From the IMG/VR virus record IMGVR_UViG_3300047323_000678: 64,000 bases of DNA; one strand, 5' to 3'. A program made the translations under genes and the position numbers. The DNA is from a virus. Lineage: Duplodnaviria; Heunggongvirae; Uroviricota; Caudoviricetes. Below, in pieces: positions 46,220 through 56,633 of the stretch. Within the stretch, counting starts at the first letter, position 1. Every line of letters starts with the position of its first letter. Below the pieces are notes generated by a model, which was not told the origin of the DNA, made no database searches, and worked only from the letters and a program-made list of their open reading frames with translations.

Positions 46220-47803
46220 ATGAAAAAGTCTAAAAAAACAAAGACTCAACAAATAGGTTTTACTGTAGAAGGTAAATTTATTGCTGAAACGGCAAGAACT
46301 CGTATGCAAGAGGGCAATTATCAATCAGGATTAAGACTTTTAGAATGTTTAGAAGGATTACCTTTAGAAAATCAGATTAATATCATGAGAGGTAAGGAAA
46401 CATTAACTGGAGAAAATTCAAAGGTTTTTTTAGTTGAAGAAGAACCAGAAGTTGCTAAAGCAATGGAAGAATGGCACCAAAGTGAGTTTGGTCCAATTTT
46501 TGAATTTAAAGACAGACTTTTTAAACCTTATGCGTATGTACAAAGTTGGTCTTCAGATGATTTGCCTAAATCAAATAGTTATTTTTCTCCTTTATCTAAT
46601 AGTTTTATTAGAGAATTTGAAAATGAACTACTTGAGCAAATGGATTCATCTGGTTGGGGTGAGTTATTATTGGATAATCCTCATAGTCGTTCTCTATTTT
46701 ATGCAGAAAATCCCACTCAAGATTTAGCATTAACCATAGATGGAAATAAAATCAAAAATCTACCTTTCAAGGGAAAGGCAGTTGTTCTATTTAAACAAGT
46801 AACAGAGCAACTCCCATTTTGGGCGCATGAATACTATTCAAAAACACCATTTGAAGCAGTGTCCAAAATTGCTGAAGTAAATTACGGGTTAAGAAAAGAA
46901 GGTGCAGAATACTATTCTGATAGCAAGATCTTAAAAGATTTTATGCCTAATCCCCAAGTTGAGGATTTAAGTGAGCAATATTCTAGAGATTTAATTAGAA
47001 CTCCAGAATATGAAGAAGTTAGAAGAAGATTTATACAAGAATATCAAATAAGAAAAGAAGAAGAGCGTTGGGCAGAATATGAAAAAGATATAGAAGAAGT
47101 TCGCCAAAAAGTTATTGATTATGCCAATAATGATAAAGAATATGGTTGGAAACATTTAGAAGATGAAGATGGAAATGTTTTAAAAGTGCCAGGTCGTGCT
47201 TTTTTACATTTTTCTATCGGTAGACTAAGTTATATGAGTAGAAAGGGTGACACAAATACAACTCTACCAGAATATACGCCTGTTTCTCCTAGAGGATTAA
47301 AAATAATGAATGATGATCCATTGCATTCAGATTGTTGGTTGGGTGCTGGATTGCCATTAGAAAGTGCTTATGACCATGAAAGTTGGCAACATAAAATCTT
47401 TTTCAAAAAGATGTTTGAAATTCAATCCACATATTTTGACCATGATTTTAATATTTTGAATCGTGCAGATAAAAAAGAAGTGAAAGGAACAATTGTTAAT
47501 CCTTATAATTATGAGTCTATTCCGAAAGGTGAAAGAATATTAGTTATTCCACATTTGGGAGTAGAATTTGAAGTGGCTGCATTACAGTGTGATGCTATTA
47601 TCTGCGAAACTGGTGGAAAACTGGCTCACTTAGCTACTGTTGGAAGAGAAATGGGATTACCAATCATAAGAATGGAAAATGCAGTTATTGCTTTTGCCTT
47701 ACCTCGTAAAATTGAACTTGATTTAATGGAAGGCAAAATAAAGTTTCCTAAAGATGAGAAATTGGAAATTAAAAAGGGTGGCCCTAAGAAAAAGAAAATG
47801 TAA
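46220..47803 (+). CDS. Large protein with C-terminal PEP-utilising enzyme mobile (His-swivel) domain
   Basis: DAIICETGGKLAHLATVGREMGLPII and ELDLMEGKI. Confidence 0.75.
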   Translation: MKKSKKTKTQQIGFTVEGKFIAETARTRMQEGNYQSGLRLLECLEGLPLENQINIMRGKETLTGENSKVFLVEEEPEVAKAMEEWHQSEFGPIFEFKDRLFKPYAYVQSWSSDDLPKSNSYFSPLSNSFIREFENELLEQMDSSGWGELLLDNPHSRSLFYAENPTQDLALTIDGNKIKNLPFKGKAVVLFKQVTEQLPFWAHEYYSKTPFEAVSKIAEVNYGLRKEGAEYYSDSKILKDFMPNPQVEDLSEQYSRDLIRTPEYEEVRRRFIQEYQIRKEEERWAEYEKDIEEVRQKVIDYANNDKEYGWKHLEDEDGNVLKVPGRAFLHFSIGRLSYMSRKGDTNTTLPEYTPVSPRGLKIMNDDPLHSDCWLGAGLPLESAYDHESWQHKIFFKKMFEIQSTYFDHDFNILNRADKKEVKGTIVNPYNYESIPKGERILVIPHLGVEFEVAALQCDAIICETGGKLAHLATVGREMGLPIIRMENAVIAFALPRKIELDLMEGKIKFPKDEKLEIKKGGPKKKKM

Positions 47804-47856
47804 ATAAAAAGCAGATCATTTAGATCTGCTTTTTTATTGAAAAATTATAAAAAATA

Positions 47857-49410
47857 TTAATTACTATTTAATTTTGGTGTTTTAGTAGCATAGTTAATAA
47901 ATTTATTTCTTAATTTTTGGATAGAATTAGTAGCAAAATTCTTATTTGAATCATTATGAAATTCTTTACATTTTTCATCATAAAGATTTTGTAAAGTTAT
48001 TTTTACATCTTCAATTTTAACTGTTACATTTTCAGCCTTAAATTGATTAACCATATTATTGTGAAAGGCAATATCATTTTTATAAGATATAGGATTAGCA
48101 CCAGCATACCAAATTGTTTTTAATTCATGAAGAGTCATCATAGAACTAGCTTTCTTAGCTCTACTTATAAAGCTTTGATACCAATCTTCTCCGGCAGTAT
48201 TTTTAATGTTATTCCAAAGTAAATCGGCTTTTTCAGAATTTATATTTTGTGGTAAGAAGAATGTTTTTTCATCTTCATTAAATTCTATATTAAAAAGTAA
48301 CTTAAACTCCTCAAAATACTTACTTTTAATAACTCTGGACACTAAGAGTATACGGGAAAGGCCTACTTTACTAGCTTTATCACTAATTGAATTAATTCTC
48401 TCTGGACTAAGGTTTTCATTTGGTAAGGTGTCTATAATTTCTTTTAAATATTCCAATCCGCAAACTGTATTATGATTAAAATTGGTTAAATTATTTACAA
48501 AATCATTAAAGTAATTAAATTTATGATTTTCTTCACAACGAGCTTCAATCAGCGCATCTATATATTCGTGCATATTTTGCTGAGTATAGGCTCCTTTATT
48601 AATATTTTCATTTCTTAACAAAAGTAAACTACTAACATCTGCATAAATTTCTTTATCGAGAGTTATACATTCATCAATAAAATTTAGAATAGAAAGATTT
48701 TTATCAGAACCAGTAATTGTTTTTTCCTCAAACTGTTCACCCAATTTTTTATGGGGATACCACGGTGATGTTTTTATTAATTCCCTTCCCTTAGTTAAAA
48801 AATCAGAGATTCCATATTCCCAAGATATTTGTTTATTTTCTATATTAGTATATTGAAGAGAATGTGATAATTCATGATAAATAGAAAGTCTAATAGTTTC
48901 TTCCAAAGACATTTTCTCTAAAAGTTTACTAATAAATGGATAACTTTTTAGATTATCATTATCATTCCCATAAAATTCTAGGCTAATATTTATTCTTTTT
49001 ACTTTAGGATCATAAGTAGCGCCTGTTTCTAATAAACCTGACCTTACTTTTCTTATAGCTGGAATTATAAATTTTAAAATGCCTTTTCGGTGCTTTAACC
49101 ATTTATTAAAATTTGAATCAACATTTAAAGAAATTTCTATATCTTTATCTTTAATATTATTTTTATCCAAAGTTTTATTAATTTCATTAGTTATATTATC
49201 AATATGTTGAACAACTACTTTTTGCGATTCAGGTAAATTTTGATTTTTAAAAAATATTTTCTCAATAGTTGAAAATATTTTTAATGCCCAAGAATCTTCG
49301 TTAAGCTTGTCATTATTTGCATAATAATAAGAATAATGACAATTATTATTGCCTAGATTAGTAATATAATTTGTTGCTTCAATTGAGTTTGCTGATAATT
49401 TAATACGCAT
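47857..49410 (-). CDS. Large hypothetical protein with a zincin-like HExxH motif
   Basis: SIYHELSHSLQ and later EIYAD; ends NSIQKLRNKFINYATKTPKLNSN. Confidence 0.65.
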   Translation of the reverse strand: MRIKLSANSIEATNYITNLGNNNCHYSYYYANNDKLNEDSWALKIFSTIEKIFFKNQNLPESQKVVVQHIDNITNEINKTLDKNNIKDKDIEISLNVDSNFNKWLKHRKGILKFIIPAIRKVRSGLLETGATYDPKVKRINISLEFYGNDNDNLKSYPFISKLLEKMSLEETIRLSIYHELSHSLQYTNIENKQISWEYGISDFLTKGRELIKTSPWYPHKKLGEQFEEKTITGSDKNLSILNFIDECITLDKEIYADVSSLLLLRNENINKGAYTQQNMHEYIDALIEARCEENHKFNYFNDFVNNLTNFNHNTVCGLEYLKEIIDTLPNENLSPERINSISDKASKVGLSRILLVSRVIKSKYFEEFKLLFNIEFNEDEKTFFLPQNINSEKADLLWNNIKNTAGEDWYQSFISRAKKASSMMTLHELKTIWYAGANPISYKNDIAFHNNMVNQFKAENVTVKIEDVKITLQNLYDEKCKEFHNDSNKNFATNSIQKLRNKFINYATKTPKLNSN

Positions 49411-49419
49411 ATATTTAGG

Positions 49420-49926
49420 TTATATTTTTAAATTAGGCTTAGAACTACAACTATCATATTTGCTGCGTATATCATTAATACGATCTTGAGGTGAAATTTT
49501 TTTTTCGTTTTCTTTAGATAAATTACTAAATAGATAAGCTAATCCTCCAAATCCACCAAGAATCATTGCAATACTTCCATACATTAAATAATTTAAGTCG
49601 TTTATTTCCGAAGAAGGCGGCATTACAATTTGTGAGGATTGTTCATCACTTGGAGAATAACCATTAGCTTTAGATACATTATTTGCCATCTGAGCAGCAA
49701 GGAAGGCAATATCAGTAGAAGTTTTATTTTCAGCTAAATGGGATGTAACAGGTGAAGATGATTCATGTGTTACATGATGTGATGAATGGATCGCAGAATG
49801 AGCAGCAGAATGTGCAGCTACATGAGATGCTGAATGACTAGAAGCATGTCCAGCAACACCAATAGCTTGAGATAAACTAGAAACACTAGCCAACAAACCA
49901 ACTGTTATAAATTTTTTTATTTTCAT
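49420..49926 (-). CDS. Signal-peptide protein with His/Ser/Ala-rich segment, TM helix and basic tail
   Basis: GHASSHSASHVAAHSAAHSAIHSSHHVTHE; YGSIAMILGGFGGLAYLF; ends KPNLKI. Confidence 0.7.
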   Translation of the reverse strand: MKIKKFITVGLLASVSSLSQAIGVAGHASSHSASHVAAHSAAHSAIHSSHHVTHESSSPVTSHLAENKTSTDIAFLAAQMANNVSKANGYSPSDEQSSQIVMPPSSEINDLNYLMYGSIAMILGGFGGLAYLFSNLSKENEKKISPQDRINDIRSKYDSCSSKPNLKI

Positions 49927-50080
49927 AATTTAATTTTTTATTTTAATTTTAATAAAAAAAAATATAAAAACAATTATTTAATTAATTCTATAAAATAATT
50001 AGTTAAACAAAGCAAGAAAGTTTGATTTTTAAATTTAATTTTATTAATGGATAATTTATAAAATAACTCAAAATATAATT

Positions 50081-50482
50081 ATGAATAAAAGAAGTCTTCA
50101 AATTGCTACCGCAATTCTTGCATGTGTGCCTACAATTACAGGATTATTGGCAATGACTGGACTGAAAGATCCACTTTATAATCAAATTTTCCTGCCTAAC
50201 GATGCTACACTTGATAGTAATTTAAGGTTTTATGGTGGAGTATGGTTAGGATTGGGATTATCTGCTTTTTGGATTATTCCAAGAATTGAACATGAAACAA
50301 CATTGTTCCGTTCTTTATGGTTAATGATATTTATTGGAGGAATAGGTCGTTTATTATCTTTAATTTTAAATGGAGTTCCATTTCTTCCTTTTCTTGGATT
50401 TACAGCTTTAGAAATCATTGGTGCGCCATTTTTTATTTGGTGGCAAAATTGTATTGCTAAAAAACATAATAAAAATAACTAA
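50081..50482 (+). CDS. DUF4345-like membrane protein
   Basis: LDSNLRFYGGVWLGLGL and FIGGIGRLLSL motifs. Confidence 0.7.
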   Translation: MNKRSLQIATAILACVPTITGLLAMTGLKDPLYNQIFLPNDATLDSNLRFYGGVWLGLGLSAFWIIPRIEHETTLFRSLWLMIFIGGIGRLLSLILNGVPFLPFLGFTALEIIGAPFFIWWQNCIAKKHNKNN

Positions 50483-50490
50483 ATCAAGTT

Positions 50491-50787
50491 TTATAAAGAA
50501 AAAATATGTGCTACGGCATATTTTCTTTCATAATCAATAGGATCTCGGTTGTACACGATTGTGATTTTCCCATTTACACTTCTTTTGATGGCAGCATGCA
50601 ACTCTCCTGTCTCTGCATCAAAAACTTCAGCAGCATGTGCTCCGTATTGATTGATTTGCATATGTAAAACACATGTTCCTACAGCACGATTAGCATCTTT
50701 ACTCCGATTAATTTTCGGATCATCATTATGTCTGTAGTAAATAGTTTTTATGCTTCTTTTTTGGTGTTCTAAGTGATTATTTTCCAT
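50491..50787 (-). CDS. Hypothetical protein
   Basis: 98 aa. Confidence 0.65.
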   Translation of the reverse strand: MENNHLEHQKRSIKTIYYRHNDDPKINRSKDANRAVGTCVLHMQINQYGAHAAEVFDAETGELHAAIKRSVNGKITIVYNRDPIDYERKYAVAHIFSL

Positions 50788-51059
50788 TGGTTAACCCATT
50801 TTAAGTAAAACAAAGTTTATTGCTGATAACGATGAGCTTCCAATACAATTCTACACCATTACAACGACAAGAATTCAATCGTATTTTTACTATTCTAGTA
50901 CTTGATTTAAGACAAGAAATGCCTTCACTGTTTAACTTTCCAAATGACAATTTTTTTGAATAATTCTTCATATGAGTCATGCATTATCTATTAATTCAAT
51001 TTATGCTGCTTTTTTATTTTTCTATGTTATAATCGAAAAAAATTAACCTTTAAAATAAT

Positions 51060-51524
51060 ATGAAAAAAACTATTTTTACCTTACTTACTATGCTAAGCAT
51101 GAATGCTTATGCCATATCATTACCAGTTACTGAATCAATGGTTAACTCCCAGGTAATAAAATCATTTCCTAAAACCATTAAAAAAATAGAACTATCTAAT
51201 CCGAAAATCACTCTTTTAAATGGAAAATCCATTATTTGTATGGATGGAGTCCCTCGTATCATGTTTTTACAAAAACCATTCAAAATGTGTGCGTCATTTA
51301 AGCCAAGTTGGAATGAGAAAGAATCTAGATTGGAAGCAACTCATATGAATTTAATGGAAATGAATATTGATGGTGTTGGAAATGTACCCGCATCTTTAAA
51401 AGGGATTTTAAGTGAGACTGTGGTTATGCTTGAACCTCTAGTTTTATATAAATCAGACTCCTGGCTCACTAAACAAATAAGCTCAATTGAGGTAGAACAA
51501 GGTATGATGTATTTGAAGTTTTAA
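51060..51524 (+). CDS. Secreted protein, possibly DUF1439/YceB-like
   Basis: Signal peptide; VTESMVNSQV...PKT...LSNPKITL pattern. Confidence 0.45.
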   Translation: MKKTIFTLLTMLSMNAYAISLPVTESMVNSQVIKSFPKTIKKIELSNPKITLLNGKSIICMDGVPRIMFLQKPFKMCASFKPSWNEKESRLEATHMNLMEMNIDGVGNVPASLKGILSETVVMLEPLVLYKSDSWLTKQISSIEVEQGMMYLKF

Positions 51525-51554
51525 AACAGAAAAACATATATAATTATTAAATTC

Positions 51555-51767
51555 ATGGAGAAAATTATGAATGAAGCAGAAATCATTATTGATGGAAAAA
51601 AACTGACTGTTGGTGAATCAATGACTGTTAGAGTTGCATTAACTAGTCTTATTTCGGAAATGCAACGAGAAGGACTTGGGGATGACGAAACAGGAAAAGC
51701 CATTGCTGAAGGATATATTAGGAATGGTAATTCTGCATTAAAAAAGATGGATATGTTTAATAATTAA
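51555..51767 (+). CDS. Small hypothetical protein
   Basis: GGAG before ATG 51567, so the true start may be internal. Confidence 0.6.
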   Translation: MEKIMNEAEIIIDGKKLTVGESMTVRVALTSLISEMQREGLGDDETGKAIAEGYIRNGNSALKKMDMFNN

Positions 51768-51873
51768 AAAAAGATAAAAAATTTTATCAAATCGTGTTCA
51801 CAATTTAAAATTTGTTGTGCTATAATCCAAATTACATAAACTACAGATATTAATTATCTTATTTAACTAAATT

Positions 51874-52293
51874 ATGAATACTCAAGAAAACAAACTGACT
51901 ATTGAAATCATGGCAAACTTCGGTAAAGCATGCGAAACCAATAACCTTCAGTTGGTAAAAGAAATCTTGGAAAGTGAAGGTCACATTCTGCTGAATGGGG
52001 ATAAATACGATAACGGATTTATTTCAGCATGTGCAGATGGTGCAGTAGATGTTGCTCACTATCTGTATAATTATGCTCCTCCAAAAGAATATTCGCTTAA
52101 AGAAGCATTTAAATCGGCATGTGACATGTCAAAAATTGAGAGCATTAAGTTTTTGGTTCTTGAAACCACCTTGGTGCGTAAAGATGTACAGGAACATATT
52201 CTTGAAGTTAAAGAGTATGATATGGACTTTTATCAGGAAATTCAGCAGGTTTTCCGCGATAAAATGAGCATGATTGAAGCAGAAGCTTATTAA
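51874..52293 (+). CDS. Ankyrin-like protein
   Basis: FGKACETNNLQLVKEIL, FISACADGAVDVAHYL, FKSACDMSKIESIKFL. Confidence 0.75.
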   Translation: MNTQENKLTIEIMANFGKACETNNLQLVKEILESEGHILLNGDKYDNGFISACADGAVDVAHYLYNYAPPKEYSLKEAFKSACDMSKIESIKFLVLETTLVRKDVQEHILEVKEYDMDFYQEIQQVFRDKMSMIEAEAY

Positions 52294-52682
52294 TGCCAGA
52301 TAATCCATTTATTAAAAATTTTGACTCTCTGTTGTTAAATATCCAAGAGGATATTAATAATGGGGAGTCAAGTCTTTATATAAATGATGAATCTATTGAT
52401 TCAATGTTTTCAAGATTGTTGGTTCAATCTTTAAAAAGAGAGATAAATGGGCAAGAGGTTAAATTCCTTGCAATTCGTGATGTTACTCTGAAAGAGAATT
52501 TCAGAGGTAAAAAGCTTTTTACAAATTTTTTTACAGAATTAAATAAATTAAATATTGATTTGATGTTTCATGACATCATCAATGACAGATTCTATAAATT
52601 TTTAATTAAACAACAATATCAAGTTTTTAAAGAAATTAAAAATGGAGAAGAATTAACTTCATGCTATAAACTAAAAAAATAA
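52293..52682 (+). CDS. Possible GNAT-fold protein
   Basis: LAIRDVTLKENFRGKKLF resembles the acetyl-CoA binding loop. Confidence 0.4.
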   Translation: MPDNPFIKNFDSLLLNIQEDINNGESSLYINDESIDSMFSRLLVQSLKREINGQEVKFLAIRDVTLKENFRGKKLFTNFFTELNKLNIDLMFHDIINDRFYKFLIKQQYQVFKEIKNGEELTSCYKLKK

Positions 52683-52696
52683 CTAGGAGAGAGATT

Positions 52697-53155
52697 ATGG
52701 GTTTAAATTGTTCACATGGTGCTTGGGATGGTGCCTATAGTGCATTTGGTCGTTGGCGTGAAAAAATTGCAGAAGTTGCAGGCTTACCACCACTTCATTT
52801 AATGGAGGGATTTTATTCTCCACTTGAAAAAAGACAAGCTTATGATTTACCAACTTTATATTGTGGTCCTCATGAGCCAACAGACAATCTTCGAAGACTA
52901 GACGCTTTACTCCCTATTAAATGGGAGTCTCTCAAAGAGGATAAACTTCATATTCTTTTAAATCATAGTGATTGTGATGGAGAAATTGCTTGGCAAGATT
53001 GTGATGCAATTGCTGATAGCTTAGAAAAGTTAATTCCATTATTGCCTGAAGAATTGGCGGGTGGCCATATTGGTTATTGGCGAGAAAAAACACAAACTTT
53101 TGTAGATGGTCTTCGTTTGGCAGCCCAATCTAAAGAAGAACTAAGATTCCGTTAA
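52697..53155 (+). CDS. Hypothetical phage-type protein
   Basis: AGGAG RBS; LLNHSDCDGEI motif. Confidence 0.7.
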   Translation: MGLNCSHGAWDGAYSAFGRWREKIAEVAGLPPLHLMEGFYSPLEKRQAYDLPTLYCGPHEPTDNLRRLDALLPIKWESLKEDKLHILLNHSDCDGEIAWQDCDAIADSLEKLIPLLPEELAGGHIGYWREKTQTFVDGLRLAAQSKEELRFR

Positions 53156-53257
53156 ATGAAAAAATATGTTATATAAAGGCAGATCAGAGATGGTCTGCTT
53201 TTTTATTTTTAGAAATAATTGCTATAATTAAAATATATATTAATTAACAGGAAAAGA

Positions 53258-53752
53258 ATGAATTTAGAAGATACTAAAAATGAACTTTTCAATATTAGGA
53301 AAGATATTGAGAATTTAAAATTATTAGAAGAAATTTATCTTTTAGCTAAATTCTGCCATGATGCCAAAAATATTCTTCGTAGAGAATCAACTGAAGAAAT
53401 AAAAATATATTGGATAGATAATGGAAGAAATATTCTTCAAAAATTTAAAACAGAATATATTTATAATTCTATAGTCGGAAATAAACATCCTCAACAAGAT
53501 GATTTACATCGTCAATTGCGTGTTAGTAATGGCGAATTTAGAACAGATGAATATCTTGAAGAGTATAAACTAGTTGCGGGTATTATGGAAAAGAAAATCG
53601 GAGATAAAAAACTAGTTATAAACAAAGAAACCACTCCTGAAGAGTTTTTAAAGCAAATTGATCCTACTTATCCAATACTATATACACATCATTTTGTAAG
53701 TAGAGATTTAACTATAAATCAATTAGAAAAAAAACCTAAAACTAAGCTTTGA
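53258..53752 (+). CDS. Hypothetical protein with basic tail, paralog of 55357..55905
   Basis: EEIYLLAKF...QLRVSNGEFR...EEYKLVAG...TTPEEFLKQ shared; ends KKPKTKL. Confidence 0.75.
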   Translation: MNLEDTKNELFNIRKDIENLKLLEEIYLLAKFCHDAKNILRRESTEEIKIYWIDNGRNILQKFKTEYIYNSIVGNKHPQQDDLHRQLRVSNGEFRTDEYLEEYKLVAGIMEKKIGDKKLVINKETTPEEFLKQIDPTYPILYTHHFVSRDLTINQLEKKPKTKL

Positions 53753-53820
53753 TATGCAATTAAACTAGAATTAGAATTTATTAAATGTTATAATTTAAAA
53801 TAATATTATAAGGGGAATTT

Positions 53821-55314
53821 ATGTACTCAATTACTAAATTTGCAGATCGCCAAATGTTTGCATGCAGTGTTCCACCACCAGCAAATAAAAATCTAGATGA
53901 AGGATTTCAAGAGCTTTCGCGTATTCATTTTTATCTTGGTCATGCATCAATTGACTTTATGATTGAAGCTGTAGAAAAAGCTTCTTTAACAGATATTGAA
54001 AAAGGCAAAATTCAACTTTATTTCGCTGTCAAAGAAATTCAAGACTATCTTCAAAGTGCGTTAGGTGATATTCACACTAATGGAGAAGATAGGTTCAATC
54101 CAGGCCTTTATTTTGATAAAACCTTCAATAATATTTTGAATCATACAATTGAAGTGCTAAATGATGCCCATAAAAAACCAAGCAAAAAAGATAATGCAGT
54201 AAAAATTGAAACAATGTTAGGATTGGTTCAAGAAGTAAAAATTTTCAATAAAACTTTACAAGATTCTGGTGTGAATACTGCTAATACAGATTCATTAGTA
54301 AATCAAATTGTTGAAAAATATCAAAAAATTTTAGATTTACAACCTCATTATCCTGGGCTTAAAGAGCTAAAATCATTTGATTCATATGAGGAACAGGCTA
54401 AGCAGTCAGTATTAGCACAACTAAGTGAACCTTATGAATTCAATTATGCAAAACTTACAAGTATCTATTTAAAAGATGATAATTGGGTTTATACCTTGCA
54501 TCATATTCTAGAGGCACAAAAAGATATTGATACTGATCCAAATTATAAATTTAATCCATCTGAAGCACAAAGGCTAAAAGATGCATTTCTTACACAAGTG
54601 AAATCTTTTAATAGATTATTTAAGAATGGTGTAGTTAATTACACATTGTCTTTTGCAGCAGCACTTAGTAAGGAATGCTTTATTAATGTTGAAACTTCAA
54701 AAATTCCCGCAGAAGCTTTTTTTGATAGAAGTATGAATTATCACAAAAAAGGTTTGGAAAGTGTTTACGGTGATTATGGTGGATATCATAAGGGAAAAAT
54801 TGAAGAGCTTGAAGAAAATAAAGAGGATTTTATTCAGAAAAAAAATGATGATAAAGTCTACCATGAGCAATATGTAACAATCCTTACTAAACAAGAACAA
54901 AATATTTTTCAATCATTAGAAAAAGTAAGAAATAAACTATTTAATACTGCACTTAAAAGTACATTAACCTTAACTGGAGATATTAAGAAAGGTTTTGTGA
55001 TTGGAGAATTTAATAATGGTGATGATATTTTACTAGCTCATAAAGATACAACAGTAAATGCTCAAGAAGCAATTTTTGCTATGACTATAAATAAAAAACA
55101 ATATGATGAGCTTGTAGAGAATAATAAACTTATTTTTGATATTGATTTTAAACACGGTGACAGAAAAAATGGCGCTAATTTCTTTAATTATGGTCAGTTT
55201 TTACAAGAAATTTCTGACTCAAGAATTCAACAACAAATGTTTGGTTATGAGTTCAATTTAGTAGACAATACAACTTTAGAAGAAATTCAACGAAAAAGAA
55301 TGACTTATATGTAA
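53821..55314 (+). CDS. Large hypothetical protein
   Basis: 497 aa, AGGGG RBS, own -10. Confidence 0.75.
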   Translation: MYSITKFADRQMFACSVPPPANKNLDEGFQELSRIHFYLGHASIDFMIEAVEKASLTDIEKGKIQLYFAVKEIQDYLQSALGDIHTNGEDRFNPGLYFDKTFNNILNHTIEVLNDAHKKPSKKDNAVKIETMLGLVQEVKIFNKTLQDSGVNTANTDSLVNQIVEKYQKILDLQPHYPGLKELKSFDSYEEQAKQSVLAQLSEPYEFNYAKLTSIYLKDDNWVYTLHHILEAQKDIDTDPNYKFNPSEAQRLKDAFLTQVKSFNRLFKNGVVNYTLSFAAALSKECFINVETSKIPAEAFFDRSMNYHKKGLESVYGDYGGYHKGKIEELEENKEDFIQKKNDDKVYHEQYVTILTKQEQNIFQSLEKVRNKLFNTALKSTLTLTGDIKKGFVIGEFNNGDDILLAHKDTTVNAQEAIFAMTINKKQYDELVENNKLIFDIDFKHGDRKNGANFFNYGQFLQEISDSRIQQQMFGYEFNLVDNTTLEEIQRKRMTYM

Positions 55315-55356
55315 ATCAATAAGAAGCAGATTAGAAATAGTCTGCTTTTTTTATTT

Positions 55357-55905
55357 TTGAATATTTTTGATATACTAAAATTATTCAAAAATGGAAACAA
55401 TATGTTCAGAGAAAACACACAACAGGAACTTAATAATATTCGTCATGCAATTCTTGAACTCAAAGAAATGGAAGAAATCTATTTGTTAGCCAGATTTTCG
55501 CAAGATGCAAAATATATGTTGCAAAGTATGTTAAAGAAAAAAAGTGAAATAGAAATACATATTGTTTCCAAAGAAACCGATATTCTTAAAAAGTTTAAAA
55601 CAAAATATCTTTATCATTCTAATGATGGAAATAGTTATCCAGAAGAACAATCGTTATACACCCAACTGCGTTGCAGTAATGGAGAATTTAGAGAAAAAAA
55701 TTATATTGAAGAATACAAGATAGTAGCAGGGTTACTTAGTGAAAAAATGCAAAAAGGACAAATTATCATTATAAATGAAGATACAACTCCCGAAGATTTC
55801 TTAAAACAGTTATGTCCTGATTATGCAATTAAATATAGCCATTATGAATTAAATAAAGATTTGTCTATAAATAATTTGCAACAAAAGCCAAAGGTAAAAC
55901 TTTAA
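55357..55905 (+). CDS. Hypothetical protein with basic tail, paralog of 53258..53752
   Basis: Clear alignment; ends QKPKVKL; true start may be internal. Confidence 0.75.
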   Translation: MNIFDILKLFKNGNNMFRENTQQELNNIRHAILELKEMEEIYLLARFSQDAKYMLQSMLKKKSEIEIHIVSKETDILKKFKTKYLYHSNDGNSYPEEQSLYTQLRCSNGEFREKNYIEEYKIVAGLLSEKMQKGQIIIINEDTTPEDFLKQLCPDYAIKYSHYELNKDLSINNLQQKPKVKL

Positions 55906-56062
55906 TTTTAAAAACTTATTGACCGTTAAATCTATAATAGGATATAATACTTTCATTCTGTAGTGATTAAGCATTGTTGTGGAACAGAAATAATTTCCCG
56001 TAAAAGTTAGAACATCACCTATCCTTGATGTACTTTTAACTAACTTTTTAAGGAGATGAAAA

Positions 56063-56536
56063 ATGGAAAACAAACAAATGTATGTAATCACTATGGACCA
56101 GGGACAATATGAAGATGCTTTCACTACTGTTCTATTTGTTACAGATGATTTTCAAAAAGGTGAAGCTTATGTGAATAAGCAGAATTCGGTTTATCAATCA
56201 TGCAAAGAAAAGGCAGAATCATTTCACAAGAATGATTTAAAGGAATGGTTCTTGGCGAACCCAAGACCCAATATTCAACCGCCTAATCTTTTGCCAGTTC
56301 CTAAGTGGAAGGGTAACGAAAAGATTACTTCTGAAATGCGTGCTAACCGCAAGCATATTCAGACTAAAAATGAAGAGATTATCGCTCAAGCTAATGCATC
56401 AATGGTGCAATGGGTGAAGGAGCAACAGAAATTTACTAGTGAATGGTTGAAAAATCATTTAACTGAAGAAGAGTATGAAATGTACTCCAAATTGAATGAT
56501 AATTGTTGGAATATTGAACCCGTAGCTTGGTTATAA
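56063..56536 (+). CDS. Hypothetical protein
   Basis: AAGGAG RBS; 157 aa. Confidence 0.75.
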   Translation: MENKQMYVITMDQGQYEDAFTTVLFVTDDFQKGEAYVNKQNSVYQSCKEKAESFHKNDLKEWFLANPRPNIQPPNLLPVPKWKGNEKITSEMRANRKHIQTKNEEIIAQANASMVQWVKEQQKFTSEWLKNHLTEEEYEMYSKLNDNCWNIEPVAWL

Positions 56537-56633
56537 AAATAAGGCAGATCAGAAATGGTCTGCTTTTTTTATTTTTAAATCTTGTTTAGTAACTTCTTTC
56601 AATTACAATTAAAATAAACAAGAAATATAAATT

